Positions 1 to 22,353 of a stretch of 64,000 bases of DNA are shown here, piece by piece. Within the stretch, counting starts at the first letter, position 1. The number at the start of each line of letters is the position of its first letter. Source of the DNA: the human T2T-CHM13v2.0 reference genome, Homo sapiens; the NCBI RefSeq assembly GCF_009914755.1, contig NC_060948.1, one strand, 5' to 3'. Both the position numbers and the translations under genes were made by a program. Below the pieces are notes generated by a model that saw nothing but the letters and a program-made list of their open reading frames with translations, did no database searches and was not told where the DNA came from.

Positions 1-636
<636 letters not shown>

Positions 637-1210
637 AGATCCATATTTTTTAAATGAAAAAAAATTTCAAAGGTACTCTGCTTGGTAGAATAATGAAATG
701 TATAAACTGAGGAATAAAACATAACCATGAAACCTACTTATAACTGCATATGGAAAATACAGAGGATAATTTTTTAAATAACATATTTTGAAAGCCTTAA
801 CTAGTAATTTGCAGAGTTGGCATTTGAAAGGCCAGTATGAATATACCTTCAAAGCAGCAACACAGGTTCCCCATGAGAAAAAGCAAACACAGGGAAAATA
901 AAAACACAAAGGTTCAATCTCTTCTGACCTTTGAAAGACACAGCACAGACAGTGGTCCTTAGGACGAAGAGCAGGAGACCCCTAATTCCGTCACCATGGC
1001 GATACGGCATAAACATTGCTGGGTGAGGGCACAATCCACATTGTGAGGTCCAACTGCTGCCAGGAAGACAGGAGTGCTTTTACATAGACCGAAAGGTCAT
1101 TGAAGGCTCAGAGTTTTGTTTCAAGAACTGAATCCCAAGCCCACACGTTATTAGGCTGCGCTTCTTAAAACAAGTTATGAGATGGGAAAAAGGGCACCCA
1201 CAAACATACG
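637..1210. repeat. HSATI-type mixed-composition segment of the unit (first copy; follows each Alu)
   Basis: ~570-bp non-Alu, non-simple segment (AGATCCATATTTTTTAAATG...GGGCACCCACAAACATACG), near-identical in all units. The HSATI name comes from the known DYZ2 layout, not from a database search. The last copy (from 63460) is cut by the window end. Confidence 0.7.
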
Positions 1211-3049
<1,839 letters not shown>

Positions 3050-5147
3050 AGATCCATATTTTTTAAATGAAAAAAAATTTCAAAGGTACTCTGCTTGGTA
3101 CAATAATCAAATGTATAAACTGAGGAATAAAACATAACCATGAAACCTACTTATAACTGCATATGGAAAATACAGAGGATAATTTTTTAAATAACATATT
3201 TTGAAAGCCTTAACTAGTAATTTGAAGAGTTGGCATTTGAAAGGCCAGTATGAATATACCTTCAAAGCAGCAACACAGGTTCCCCATGAGAAAAAGCAAA
3301 CACAGGGAAAATAAAAACACAAAGGTTCAATCTCTTCTGACCTTTGAAAGACACAGCACAGACAGTGGTCCTTAGGACGAAGAGCAGGAGACCCCTAATT
3401 CCGTCACCATGGCGATAGGGCATAAACATTGCTGGGTGAGGGCACAATCCACATTGTGAGGTCCAACTGCTGCCAGGAAGACAGGAGTGCTTTTACATAG
3501 ACCGAAAGGTCATTGAAGGCTCAGAGTTTTGTTTCAAGAACTGAATCCCAAGCCCACACGTTATTAGGCTGCGCTTCTTAAAACAAGTTATGAGATGGGA
3601 AAAAGGGCACCCACAAACATACGTATACATTATGTATATAATAATATACAGTATCATATATATAATATATATAACCTATGTATAATATTGTTTTACATCC
3701 TGCATCCTATGTTATATATATTGTATAAAATATAATAATTGATAATATATAAGTTTTATAATTATACAATATGACATATAGTATATATTATAATTTATGA
3801 CATATATAATATATGTTATATATCATATATAGAATATATTATACGGTTAATATACGTATTAAATATAAATTATACATTATATATATTATATATAATATAT
3901 CTGTTATATATAATACCCATTATGCATAATATATATATTATGTCTATGTTATATATAGTATAAAACAACATATAATAATATATAACTGTATATATAAAAT
4001 GCGACATATAATATATATTATATTTTATGACATATGTAATATGTATTATATATAATATGTTGTATGTATAATACCTATATTAAATATATATTATATGACT
4101 ATGTTATTAATTACATGTCACATGTGTTATATATTATATATTTTACATAGAATATACCGGTTACATACAATATATACTATGTTACCTATAATGTATAATT
4201 TATTACATGTAAAATAAAGAATGCAATATATTATGTAAAATTTATAATATACAATATGTGGAATGTGATATATATAACATATAATATATGATATATGATA
4301 TACAGTATATGATATATAACATACAATATATGATTCCTAATATATATGGTATACAATATATATTTTATGATATGTATTCTATATGTTTTATATTCTGTTA
4401 TATATAACTATTTGAAATTATATATAACTGTATAATATTTTATGTAAATATGTAATATAATATATATAACTATATAATATATTATATATAACTATATATT
4501 ATGTTATATATACTTTTATAACATAATTTACATAAAATATCATAATATAATATATATTATATTATTTCATATTACATAATATATATTACATATCACCCAA
4601 TATAACTAACATACATAATATTATAATATAGATTATATTCTGTTATATTAAATATCATATATATCATGTATCATATATTCTATAATATATATTACACATT
4701 ATATAATATGTATGTTGTCTATTATGTGATATATATAAATATATATATAATTATATTTTTATACATATAACTAGATAAACATGTAATTCTACATATTTTC
4801 ATTTATAATATGTAGAATTATATAATCATATATAATTATTTATATTCTATAAAAAATTTTATCATTATATAAATTATAATATATAAAAATTATAATATGT
4901 ACTACAAATATATATATTATATATCATATATGATATAGTACCTTTGTTATATATCATAATACATATAAATGTGTATTATGTTATCTATAATTATATAATT
5001 TCATATATAAGATGTATAATATGTATCATATATTATATATGTTATGTAATATATATAGTATATATAAGATGACACAGGATAAATATTATATACTATGACA
5101 TATAAAATATATGAGGTTATATGTTACATATAAGGCATAGCACATAA

Positions 5148-5462
<315 letters not shown>

Positions 5463-7560
5463 AGATCCATATTTTTTAAATGAAAAAAAATTTCAAAGGT
5501 ACTCTGCTTGGTACAATAATCAAATGTATAAACTGAGGAATAAAACATAACCATGAAACCTACTTATAACTGCATATGGAAAATACAGAGGATAATTTTT
5601 TAAATAACATATTTTGAAAGCCTTAACTAGTAATTTGAAGAGTTGGCATTTGAAAGGCCAGTATGAATATACCTTCAAAGCAGCAACACAGGTTCCCCAT
5701 GAGAAAAAGCAAACACAGGGAAAATAAAAACACAAAGGTTCAATCTCTTCTGACCTTTGAAAGACACAGCACAGACAGTGGTCCTTAGGACGAAGAGCAG
5801 GAGACCCCTAATTCCGTCACCATGGCGATAGGGCATAAACATTGCTGGGTGAGGGCACAATCCACATTGTGAGGTCCAACTGCTGCCAGGAAGACAGGAG
5901 TGCTTTTACATAGACCGAAAGGTCATTGAAGGCTCAGAGTTTTGTTTCAAGAACTGAATCCCAAGCCCACACGTTATTAGGCTGCGCTTCTTAAAACAAG
6001 TTATGAGATGGGAAAAAGGGCACCCACAAACATACGTATACATTATGTATATAATAATATACAGTATCATATATATAATATATATAACCTATGTATAATA
6101 TTGTTTTACATCCTGCATCCTATGTTATATATATTGTATAAAATATAATAATTGATAATATATAAGTTTTATAATTATACAATATGACATATAGTATATA
6201 TTATAATTTATGACATATATAATATATGTTATATATCATATATAGAATATATTATACGGTTAATATACGTATTAAATATAAATTATACATTATATATATT
6301 ATATATAATATATCTGTTATATATAATACCCATTATGCATAATATATATATTATGTCTATGTTATAAATAGTATAAAACAACATATAATAATATATAACT
6401 GTATATATAAAATGCGACATATAATATATATTATATTTTATGACATATGTAATATGTATTATATATAATATGTTGTATGTATAATACCTATATTAAATAT
6501 ATATTATATGACTATGTTATTAATTACATGTCACATGTGTTATATATTATATATTTTACATAGAATATACCGGTTACATACAATATATACTATGTTACCT
6601 ATAATGTATAATTTATTACATGTAAAATAAAGAATGCAATATATTATGTAAAATTTATAATATACAATATGTGGAATGTGATATATATAACATATAATAT
6701 ATGATATATGATATACAGTATATGATATATAACATACAATATATGATTCCTAATATATATGGTATACAATATATATTTTATGATATGTATTCTATATGTT
6801 TTATATTCTGTTATATATAACTATTTGAAATTATATATAACTGTATAATATTTTATGTAAATATGTAATATAATATATATAACTATATAATATATTATAT
6901 ATAACTATATATTATGTTATATATACTTTTATAACATAATTTACATAAAATATCATAATATAATATATATTATATTATTTCATATTACATAATATATATT
7001 ACATATCACCCAATATAACTAACATACATAATATTATAATATAGATTATATTCTGTTATATTAAATATCATATATATCATGTATCATATATTCTATAATA
7101 TATATTACACATTATATAATATCTATGTTGTCTATTATGTGATATATATAAATATATATATAATTATATTTTTATACATATAACTAGATAAACATGTAAT
7201 TCTACATATTTTCATTTATAATATGTAGAATTATATAATCATATATAATTATTTATATTCTATAAAAAATTTTATCATTATATAAATTATAATATATAAA
7301 AATTATAATATGTACTACAAATATATATATTATATATCATATATGATATAGTACCTTTGTTATATATCATAATACATATAAGTGTGTATTATGTTATCTA
7401 TAATTATATAATTTCATATATAAGATGTATAATATGTATCATATATTATATATGTTATGTAATATATATAGTATATATAAGATGACACAGGATAAATATT
7501 ATATACTATGACATATAAAATATATGAGGTTATATGTTACATATAAGGCATAGCACATAA

Positions 7561-7875
<315 letters not shown>

Positions 7876-9973
7876 AGATCCATATTTTTTAAATGAAAAA
7901 AAATTTCAAAGGTACTCTGCTTGGTACAATAATCAAATGTATAAACTGAGGAATAAAACATAACCATGAAACCTACTTATAACTGCATATGGAAAATACA
8001 GAGGATAATTTTTTAAATAACATATTTTGAAAGCCTTAACTAGTAATTTGAAGAGTTGGCATTTGAAAGGCCAGTATGAATATACCTTCAAAGCAGCAAC
8101 ACAGGTTCCCCATGAGAAAAAGCAAACACAGGGAAAATAAAAACACAAAGGTTCAATCTCTTCTGACCTTTGAAAGACACAGCACAGACAGTGGTCCTTA
8201 GGACGAAGAGCAGGAGACCCCTAATTCCGTCACCATGGCGATAGGGCATAAACATTGCTGGGTGAGGGCACAATCCACATTGTGAGGTCCAACTGCTGCC
8301 AGGAAGACAGGAGTGCTTTTACATAGACCGAAAGGTCATTGAAGGCTCAGAGTTTTGTTTCAAGAACTGAATCCCAAGCCCACACGTTATTAGGCTGCGC
8401 TTCTTAAAACAAGTGATGAGATGGGAAAAAGGGCACCCACAAACATACGTATACATTATGTATATAATAATATACAGTATCATATATATAATATATATAA
8501 CCTATGTATAATATTGTTTTACATCCTGCATCTTATGTTATATATATTGTATAAAATATAATAATTGATAATATATAAGTTTTATAATTATACAATATGA
8601 CATATAGTATATATTATAATTTATGACATATATAATATATGTTATATATCATATATAGAATATATTATACGGTTAATATACGTATTAAATATAAATTATA
8701 CATTATATATATTATATATAATATATCTGTTATATATAATACCCATTATGCATAATATATGTATTATGTCTATGTTATATATAGTATAAAACAACATATA
8801 ATAATATATAATTGTATATATAAAATGCGACATATAATATATATTATATTTTATAACATATGTAATATATATTATATATAATACGTTGTAAGTATAATAC
8901 CTATATTAAATATATATTATATGACTATGTTATTAATTACATGTCACATGTGTTATATATTATATATTTTACATAGAATATACCGGTTACATACAATATA
9001 TACTATGTTACCTATAATGTATAATTTATTACATGTAAAATAAAGAATGCAATATATTATGTAAAATTTATAATATACAATATGTGGAATGTGATATATA
9101 TAACATATAATATATGATATATGATATACAGTATATGATATATAACATACAATATATGATTCCTAATATATATCGTATACAATATATATTTTATGATATG
9201 TATTCTATATGTTTTATATTCTGTTATATTTAACTATTTGAAATTATATATAACTGTATAATATTTTATGTAAATATGTAATATAATATATATAACTATA
9301 TAATATATTATATATAACTATATATTATGTTATATATACTTTTATAACATAATTTACATAAAATATCATAATATAATATATATTATATAATTTCATATTA
9401 CATAATATATATTACATATCACCCAATATAACTAACATACATAATATTATAATATAGATTATATTGTGTTATATTAAATATCATATATATCATGTATCAT
9501 ATATTCTATAATATATATTACACATTATATAATATGTATGTTGTCTATTATGTGATATATATAACTATATATATAATTATATTTTTATACATATAACTAG
9601 ATAAACATGTAATTCTACATATTTTCATTTATAATATGTAGAATTATATAATCATATATAATTATTTATATTCTATAAAAAATTTTATCATTATATAAAT
9701 TATAATATATAAAAATTATAATATGTACTAAAAATATATATATTATATATCATATATGATATAGTACCTTTGTTATATATCATAATACATATAAATGTGT
9801 ATTATGTTATCTATAATTATATAATTTCATATATAAGATGTATAATATGTATCATATATTATATATGTTATGTAATATATATAGTATATATAAGATGACA
9901 CAGGATAAATATTATATACTATGACATATTAAATATATGAGGTTATATGTTACATATAAGGCATAGCACATAA

Positions 9974-10288
<315 letters not shown>

Positions 10289-12386
10289 AGATCCATATTT
10301 TTTAAATGAAAAAAAATTTCAAAGGTACTCTGCTTGGTACAATAATCAAATGTATAAACTGAGGAATAAAACATAACCATGAAACCTACTTATAACTGCA
10401 TATGGAAAATACAGAGGATAATTTTTTAAATAACATATTTTGAAAGCCTTAACTAGTAATTTGAAGAGTTGGCATTTGAAAGGCCAGTATGAATATACCT
10501 TCAAAGCAGCAACACAGGTTCCCCATGAGAAAAAGCAAACACAGGGAAAATAAAAACACAAAGGTTCAATCTCTTCTGACCTTTGAAAGACACAGCACAG
10601 ACAGTGGTCCTTAGGACGAAGAGCAGGAGACCCCTAATTCCGTCACCATGGCGATAGGGCATAAACATTGCTGGGTGAGGGCACAATCCACATTGTGAGG
10701 TCCAACTGCTGCCAGGAAGACAGGAGTGCTTTTACATAGACCGAAAGGTCATTGAAGGCTCAGAGTTTTGTTTCAAGAACTGAATCCCAAGCCCACACGT
10801 TATTAGGCTGCGCTTCTTAAAACAAGTTATGAGATGGGAAAAAGGGCACCCACAAACATACGTATACATTATGTATATAATAATATACAGTATCATATAT
10901 ATAATATATATAACCTATGTATAATATTGTTTTACATCCTGCATCTTATGTTATATATATTGTATAAAATATAATAATTGATAATATATAAGTTTTATAA
11001 TTATACAATATGACATATAGTATATATTATAATTTATGACATATATAATATATGTTATATGTCATATATAGAATATATTATACGGTTAATATACGTATTA
11101 AATATAAATTATACATTATATATATTATATATAATATATCTGTTATATATAATACCCATTATGCATAATATATATATTATGTCTATGTTATATATAGTAC
11201 AAAACAACATATAATAATATATAATTGTATATATAAAATGCGACATATAATATATATTATATTTTATAACATATGTAATATATATTATATATAATACGTT
11301 GTATGTATAATACCTATATTAAATATATATTATATGACTATGTTATTAATTACATGTCACATGTGTTATATATTATATATTTTACATAGAATATACCGGT
11401 TACATACAATATATACTATGTTACCTATAATGTATAATTTATTACATGTAAAATAAAGAATGCAATATATTATGTAAAATTTATAATATACAATATGTGG
11501 AATGTGATATATATAACATATAATATATGATATATGATATAGAGTATATGATATATAACATACAATATATGATTCCTAATATATATGGTATAAAATATAT
11601 ATTTTATGATATGTATTCTATATGTATTATATTCTGTTATATATAACTATTTGAAATTATATATAACTGTATAATATTTTATGTAAATATGTAATATAAT
11701 ATATATAACTATATAATATATTATAGATAACTATATATTATGTTATATATACTTTTATAACATAATTTACATCAAATATCATAATATAATATATATTATA
11801 TTATTTCATATTACATAATATATATTACATATCACCCAATATAACTAACATACATAATATTATAATATAGATTATATTGTGTTATATTAAATGTCATATA
11901 TATCATGTATCATATATTCTATAATATATATTACACATTATATAATATGTATGTTGTCTATTATGTGATATATATAACTATATATATAATTATATTTTTA
12001 TACATATAACTAGATAAACATGTAATTCTACATATTTTCATTTATAATATGTAGAATTATATAATCATATATAATTATTTATATTCTATAAAAAATTTTA
12101 TCATTATATAAATTATAATATATAAAAATTATAATATGTACTACAAATATATATATTATATATCATATATGATATAGTACCTTTGTTATATATCATAATA
12201 CATATAAATGTGTATTATGTTATCTATAATTATATAATTTCATATATAAGATGTATAATATGTATCATACATTATATATGTTATGTAATATATATAGTAT
12301 ATATAAGATGACACAGGATAAATATTATATACTATGACATATTAAATATATGAGGTTATATGTTACATATAAGGCATAGCACATAA

Positions 12387-12701
<315 letters not shown>

Positions 12702-14799
12702 AGATCCATATTTTTTAAATGAAAAAAAATTTCAAAGGTACTCTGCTTGGTACAATAATCAAATGTATAAACTGAGGAATAAAACATAACCATGAAACCT
12801 ACTTATAACTGCATATGGAAAATACAGAGGATAATTTTTTAAATAACATATTTTGAAAGCCTTAACTAGTAATTTGAAGAGTTGGCATTTGAAAGGCCAG
12901 TATGAATATACCTTCAAAGCAGCAACACAGGTTCCCCATGAGAAAAAGCAAACACAGGGAAAATAAAAACACAAAGGTTCAATCTCTTCTGACCTTTGAA
13001 AGACACAGCACAGACAGTGGTCCTTAGGACGAAGAGCAGGAGACCCCTAATTCCGTCACCATGGCGATAGGGCATAAACATTGCTGGGTGAGGGCACAAT
13101 CCACATTGTGAGGTCCAACTGCTGCCAGGAAGACAGGAGTGCTTTTACATAGACCGAAAGGTCATTGAAGGCTCAGAGTTTTGTTTCAAGAACTGAATCC
13201 CAAGCCCACACGTTATTAGGCTGCGCTTCTTAAAACAAGTTATGAGATGGGAAAAAGGGCACCCACAAACATACGTATACATTATGTATATAATAATATA
13301 CAGTATCATATATATAATATATATAACCTATGTATAATATTGTTTTACATCCTGCATCTTATGTTATATATATTGTATAAAATATAATAATTGATAATAT
13401 ATAAGTTTTATAATTATACAATATGACATATAGTATATATTATAATTTATGACATATATAATATATGTTATATGTCATATATAGAATATATTATACGGTT
13501 AATATACGTATTAAATATAAATTATACATTATATATATTATATATAATATATCTGTTATATATAATACCCATTATGCATAATATATATATTATGTCTATG
13601 TTATATATAGTATAAAACAACATATAATAATATATAACTGTATATATAAAATGCGACATATAATATATATTATATTTTATAACATATGTAATATATATTA
13701 TATATAATACGTTGTATGTATAATACCTATATTAAATATATATTATATGACTATGTTATTAATTACATGTCACATGTGTTATATATTATATATTTTACAT
13801 AGAATATACCGGTTACATACAATATATACTATGTTACCTATAATGTATAATTTATTACATGTAAAATAAAGAATGCAATATATTATGTAAAATTTATAAT
13901 ATACAATATGTGGAATGTGATATATATAACATATAATATATGATATATGATATACAGTATATGATATATAACATACAATATATGATTCCTAATATATATG
14001 GTATACAATATATATTTTATGATATGTATTCTATATGTTTTATATTCTGTTATATTTAACTATTTGAAATTATATATAACTGTATAATATTTTATGTAAA
14101 TATGTAATATAATATATATAACTATATAATATATTATATATAACTATATATTATGTTATATATACTTTTATAACATAATTTACATAAAATATCATAATAT
14201 AATATATATTATATTATTTCATATTACATAATATATATTACATATCACCCAATATAACTAACATACATAATATTATAATGTAGATTATATTGTGTTATAT
14301 TAAATGACATATATATCATGTATCATATATTCTATAATATATATTACACATTATATAATATGTATGTTGTCTATTATGTGATATATATAACTATATATAT
14401 AATTATATTTTTATACATATAACTAGATAAACATGTAATTCTACATATTTTCATTTATAATATGTAGAATTATATAATCATATATAATTATTTATATTCT
14501 ATAAAAAATTTTATCATTATATAAATTATAATATATAAAAATTATAATATGTACTACAAATATATATATTATATATCATATATGATATAGTACCTTTGTT
14601 ATATATCATAATACATATAAATGTGTATTATGTTATCTATAATTATATAATTTCATATATAAGATGTATAATATGTATCATATATTATATATGTTATGTA
14701 ATATATATAGTATATATAAGATGACACAGGATAAATATTATATACTATGACATATTAAATATATGAGGTTATATGTTACATATAAGGCATAGCACATAA

Positions 14800-15114
<315 letters not shown>

Positions 15115-17212
15115 AGATCCATATTTTTTAAATGAAAAAAAATTTCAAAGGTACTCTGCTTGGTACAATAATCAAATGTATAAACTGAGGAATAAAACAT
15201 AACCATGAAACCTACTTATAACTGCATATGGAAAATACAGAGGATAATTTTTTAAATAACATATTTTGAAAGCCTTAACTAGTAATTTGAAGAGTTGGCA
15301 TTTGAAAGGCCAGTATGAATATACCTTCAAAGCAGCAACACAGGTTCCCCATGAGAAAAAGCAAACACAGGGAAAATAAAAACACAAAGGTTCAATCTCT
15401 TCTGACCTTTGAAAGACACAGCACAGACAGTGGTCCTTAGGACGAAGAGCAGGAGACCCCTAATTCCGTCACCATGGCGATAGGGCATAAACATTGCTGG
15501 GTGAGGGCACAATCCACATTGTGAGGTCCAACTGCTGCCAGGAAGACAGGAGTGCTTTTACATAGACCGAAAGGTCATTGAAGGCTCAGAGTTTTGTTTC
15601 AAGAACTGAATCCCAAGCCCACACGTTATTAGGCTGCGCTTCTTAAAACAAGTTATGAGATGGGAAAAAGGGCACCCACAAACATACGTATACATTATGT
15701 ATATAATAATATACAGTATCATATATATAATATATATAACCTATGTATAATATTGTTTTACATCCTGCATCCTATGTTATATATATTGTATAAAATATAA
15801 TAATTGATAATATATAAGTTTTATAATTATACATTATGACATATAGTATATATTATAATTTATGACATATATAATATATGTTATATATCATATATAGAAT
15901 ATATTATACGGTTAATATACGTATTAAATATAAATTATATATTATATATATTATATATAATATATCTGTTATATATAATACCCATTATGCATAATATATA
16001 TATTATGTCTATGTTATATATAGTATAAAACAACATATAATAATATATAATTGTATATATAAAATGCGACATATAATATATATTATATTTTATAACATAT
16101 GTAATATATATTATATATAATACGTTGTATGTATAATACCTATATTAAATATATATTATATGACTATGTTATTAATTACATGTCACATGTGTTATATATT
16201 ATATATTTTACATAGAATATACCGGTTACATACAATATATACTATGTTACCTATAATGTATAATTTATTACAAGTAAAATAAAGAATGCAATATATTCTG
16301 TATAATTTATAATATACCATATGTGGAATGTGATATATATAACATATAATATATGATATATGATATACAGTATATGATATATAACATACAATATATGATT
16401 CCTAATATATATGGTATACAATATATATTTTATGATATGTATTCTATATGTTTTATATTCTGTTATATATAACTATTTGAAATTATATATAACTGTATAA
16501 TATTTTATGTAAATATGTAATATAATATATATAACTATATAATATATTATATATAACTATATATTATGTTATATATACTTTTATAACATAATTTACATAA
16601 AATATCATAATATAATATATATTATATTATTTCATATTACATAATATATATTACATATCACCCAATATAACTAACATACATAATATTATAATATAGATTA
16701 TATTGTGTTATATTAAATATCATATATATCATGTATCATATATTCTATAATATATATTACACATTATATATTATGTATGTTGTCTATTATGTGATATATA
16801 TAACTATATATATAATTATATTTTTATACATATAACTAGATAAACATGTAATTCTACATATTTTCATTTATAATATGTAGAATTATATAATCATATATAA
16901 TTATTTATATTCTATAAAAAATTTTATCTTTATATAAATTATAATATATAAAAATTATAATATGTACTACAAATATATATATTATATATCATATATGATA
17001 TAGTACCTTTGTTATATATCATAATACATATAAATGTGTATTATGTTATCTATAATTATATAATTTCATATATAAGATGTATAATATGTATCATATATTA
17101 TATATGTTATGTAATATATATAGTATATATAAGATGACACAGGATAAATATTATATACTATGACATATTAAATATATGAGGTTATATGTTACATATAAGG
17201 CATAGCACATAA

Positions 17213-17527
<315 letters not shown>

Positions 17528-19625
17528 AGATCCATATTTTTTAAATGAAAAAAAATTTCAAAGGTACTCTGCTTGGTACAATAATCAAATGTATAAACTG
17601 AGGAATAAAACATAACCATGAAACCTACTTATAACTGCATATGGAAAATACAGAGGATAATTTTTTAAATAACATATTTTGAAAGCCTTAACTAGTAATT
17701 TGAAGAGTTGGCATTTGAAAGGCCAGTATGAATATACCTTCAAAGCAGCAACACAGGTTCCCCATGAGAAAAAGCAAACACAGGGAAAATAAAAACACAA
17801 AGGTTCAATCTCTTCTGACCTTTGAAAGACACAGCACAGACAGTGGTCCTTAGGACGAAGAGCAGGAGACCCCTAATTCCGTCACCATGGCGATAGGGCA
17901 TAAACATTGCTGGGTGAGGGCACAATCCACATTGTGAGGTCCAACTGCTGCCAGGAAGACAGGAGTGCTTTTACATAGACCGAAAGGTCATTGAAGGCTC
18001 AGAGTTTTGTTTCAAGAACTGAATCCCAAGCCCACACGTTATTAGGCTGCGCTTCTTAAAACAAGTTATGAGATGGGAAAAAGGGCACCCACAAACATAC
18101 GTATACATTATGTATATAATAATATACAGTATCATATATATAATATATATAACCTATGTATAATATTGTTTTACATCCTGCATCTTATGTTATATATATT
18201 GTATAAAATATAATAATTGATAATATATAAGTTTTATAATTATACAATATGACATATAGTATATATTATAATTTATGACATATATAATATATGTTATATA
18301 TCATATATAGAATATATTATACGGTTAATATACGTATTAAATATAAATTATACATTATATATATTATATATAATATATCTGTTATATATAATACCCATTA
18401 TGCATAATATATATATTATGTCTATGTTATATATAGTATAAAACAACATATAGTAATATATAATTGTATATATAAAATGCGACATATAATATATATTATA
18501 TTTTATAACATATGTAATATATATTATATATAATACGTTGTATGTATAATACCTATATTAAATATATATTATATGACTATGTTATTAATTACATGTCACA
18601 TGTGTTATATATTATATATTTTACATAGAATATACCGGTTACATACAATATATACTATGTTACCTATAATGTATAATTTATTACAAGTAAAATAAAGAAT
18701 GCAATATATTATGTATAATTTATAATATACCATATGTGGAATGTGATATATATAACATATAATATATGATATATGATATACAGTATATGATATATAACAT
18801 ACAATATATGATTCCTAATATATATGGTATACAATATATATTTTATGATATGTATTCTATATGTTTTATATTCTGTTATATATAACTATTTGAAATTATA
18901 TATAACTGTATAATATTTTATGTAAATATGTAATATAATATATATAACTATATAATATATTATATATAACTATATATTATGTTATATATACTTTTATAAC
19001 ATAATTTACATAAAATATCATAATATAATATATATTATATTATTTCATATTACATAATATATATTACATATCACCCAATATAACTAACATACATAATATT
19101 ATAATATAGATTATATTGTGTTATATTAAATATCATATATATCATGTATCATATATTCTATAATATATATTACACATTATATAATATGTATGTTGTCTAT
19201 TATGTGATATATATAACTATATATATAATTATATTTTTATACATCTAACTAGATAAACATGTAATTCTACATATTTTCATTTATAATATGTAGAATTATA
19301 TAATCATATATAATTATTTATATTCTATAAAAAATTTTATCATTATATAAATTATAATATATAAAAATTATAATATGTACTACAAATATATATATTATAT
19401 ATCATATATGATATAGTACCTTTGTTATATATCATAATACATATAAATGTGTATTATGTTATCTATAATTATATAATTTCATATATAAGATGTATAATAT
19501 GAATCATATATTATATATGTTATGTAATATATATAGTATATATAAGATGACACAGGATAAATATTATATACTATGACATATTAAATATATGAGGTTATAT
19601 GTTACATATAAGGCATAGCACATAA

Positions 19626-19940
<315 letters not shown>

Positions 19941-22061
19941 AGATCCATATTTTTTAAATGAAAAAAAATTTCAAAGGTACTCTGCTTGGTACAATAATCA
20001 AATGTATAAACTGAGGAATAAAACATAACCATGAAACCTACTTATAACTGCATATGGAAAATACAGAGGATAATTTTTTAAATAACATATTTTGAAAGCC
20101 TTAACTAGTAATTTGAAGAGTTGGCATTTGAAAGGCCAGTATGAATATACCTTCAAAGCAGCAACACAGGTTCCCCATGAGAAAAAGCAAACACAGGGAA
20201 AATAAAAACACAAAGGTTCAATCTCTTCTGACCTTTGAAAGACACAGCACAGACAGTGGTCCTTAGGACGAAGAGCAGGAGACCCCTAATTCCGTCACCA
20301 TGGCGATAGGGCATAAACATTGCTGGGTGAGGGCACAATCCACATTGTGAGGTCCAACTGCTGCCAGGAAGACAGGAGTGCTTTTACATAGACCGAAAGG
20401 TCATTGAAGGCTCAGAGTTTTGTTTCAAGAACTGAATCCCAAGCCCACACGTTATTAGGCTGCGCTTCTTAAAACAAGTTATGAGATGGGAAAAAGGGCA
20501 CCCACAAACATACGTATACATTATGTATATAATAATATACAGTATCATATATATAATATATATAACCTATGTATAATATTGTTTTACATCCTGCATCTTA
20601 TGTTATATATATTGTATAAAATATAATAATTGATAATATATAAGTTTTATAATTATACAATATGACATATAGTATATATTATAATTTATGACATATATAA
20701 TATATGTTATATATCATATATAGAATATATTATACGGTTAATATACGTATTAAATATAAATTATACATTATATATATTATATATAATATATCTGTTATAT
20801 ATAATACCCATTATGCATAATATATATATTATGTCTATGTTATATATAGTATAAAACAACATATAGTAATATATAATTGTATATATAAAATGCGACATAT
20901 AATATATATTATATTTTATAACATATGTAATATATATTATATATAATACGTTGTATGTATAATACCTATATTAAATATATATTATATGACTATGTTATTA
21001 ATTACATGTCACATGTGTTATATATTATATATTTTACATAGAATATACCGGTTACATACAATATATACTATGTTACCTATAATGTATAATTTATTACAAG
21101 TAAAATAAAGAATGCAATATATTATGTATAATTTATAATATACCATATGTGGAATGTGATATATATAACATATAATATATGATATATGATATACAGTATA
21201 TGATATATAACATACAATATATGATTCCTAATATATATGGTATACAATATATATTTTATGATATGTATTCTATATGTTTTATATTCTGTTATATATAACT
21301 ATTTGAAATTATATATAACTGTATAATATTTTATGTAAATATGTAATATAATATATATAACTATATAATATATTATATATAACTATATATTATGTTATAT
21401 ATACTTTTATAACATAATTTACATAAAATATCATAATATAATATATATTATATTATTTCATATTACATAATATATATTACATATCACCCAATATAACTAA
21501 CATACATAATATTATAATATAGATTATATTGTGTTATATTAAATATCATATATATCATGTATCATATATTCTATAATATATATTACACATTATATAATAT
21601 GTATGTTGTCTATTATGTGATATATATAACTATATATATAATTATATTTTTATACATCTAACTAGATAAACATGTAATTCTACATATTTTCATTTATAAT
21701 ATGTAGAATTATATAATCATATATAATTATTTATATTCTATAAAAAATTTTATCATTATATAAATTATAATATATAAAAATTATAATATGTACTACAAAT
21801 ATATGTATTATATATCATACATGATATAGTACCTTTGTTATATATCATAATACATATAAATGTGTATTATGTTATCTATAATTATATAATTTCATATATA
21901 AGATGTATAATATGTATCATATATTATATATGTTATGTAATATATATGGTATATATAAGATGACACAGGATAAATATTATATACTATGACATATAAAATA
22001 TATGAGGTTATATGTTACATATAAGGCATAGCACATAACATGTAATATATATCATATATAA

Positions 22062-22353
22062 TTGTTTTTTAGACAGAATCTTGTCTTGTTGCACAGGGTG
22101 CGGTACAATGGCGCCATCTTTGCTCACTGCAACTTCTGCCTCACGGGTCCAAGCGATTGTCCTCCCTCAGCCTCCCAGGTAGCTGGGACTACACCACACT
22201 GGGACTACACCAGCTGCCACCATGCCTAGCTAATTTTTTGGATTTTTAGTAGTGACAGCGTTTCACTGTATTGGCCAGGATGGTCTTGATCTCTTCACCT
22301 TGTGATCCCCTTGCCTTGGCCTCCAAATTTGCTGGGATTACAGGCCTGAGCCA
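22062..22353 (-). mobile_element. Alu, copy 10
   Basis: Near-identical to copy 1; variants TTGTTTTTT and GGGTGCGGTAC. Confidence 0.92.
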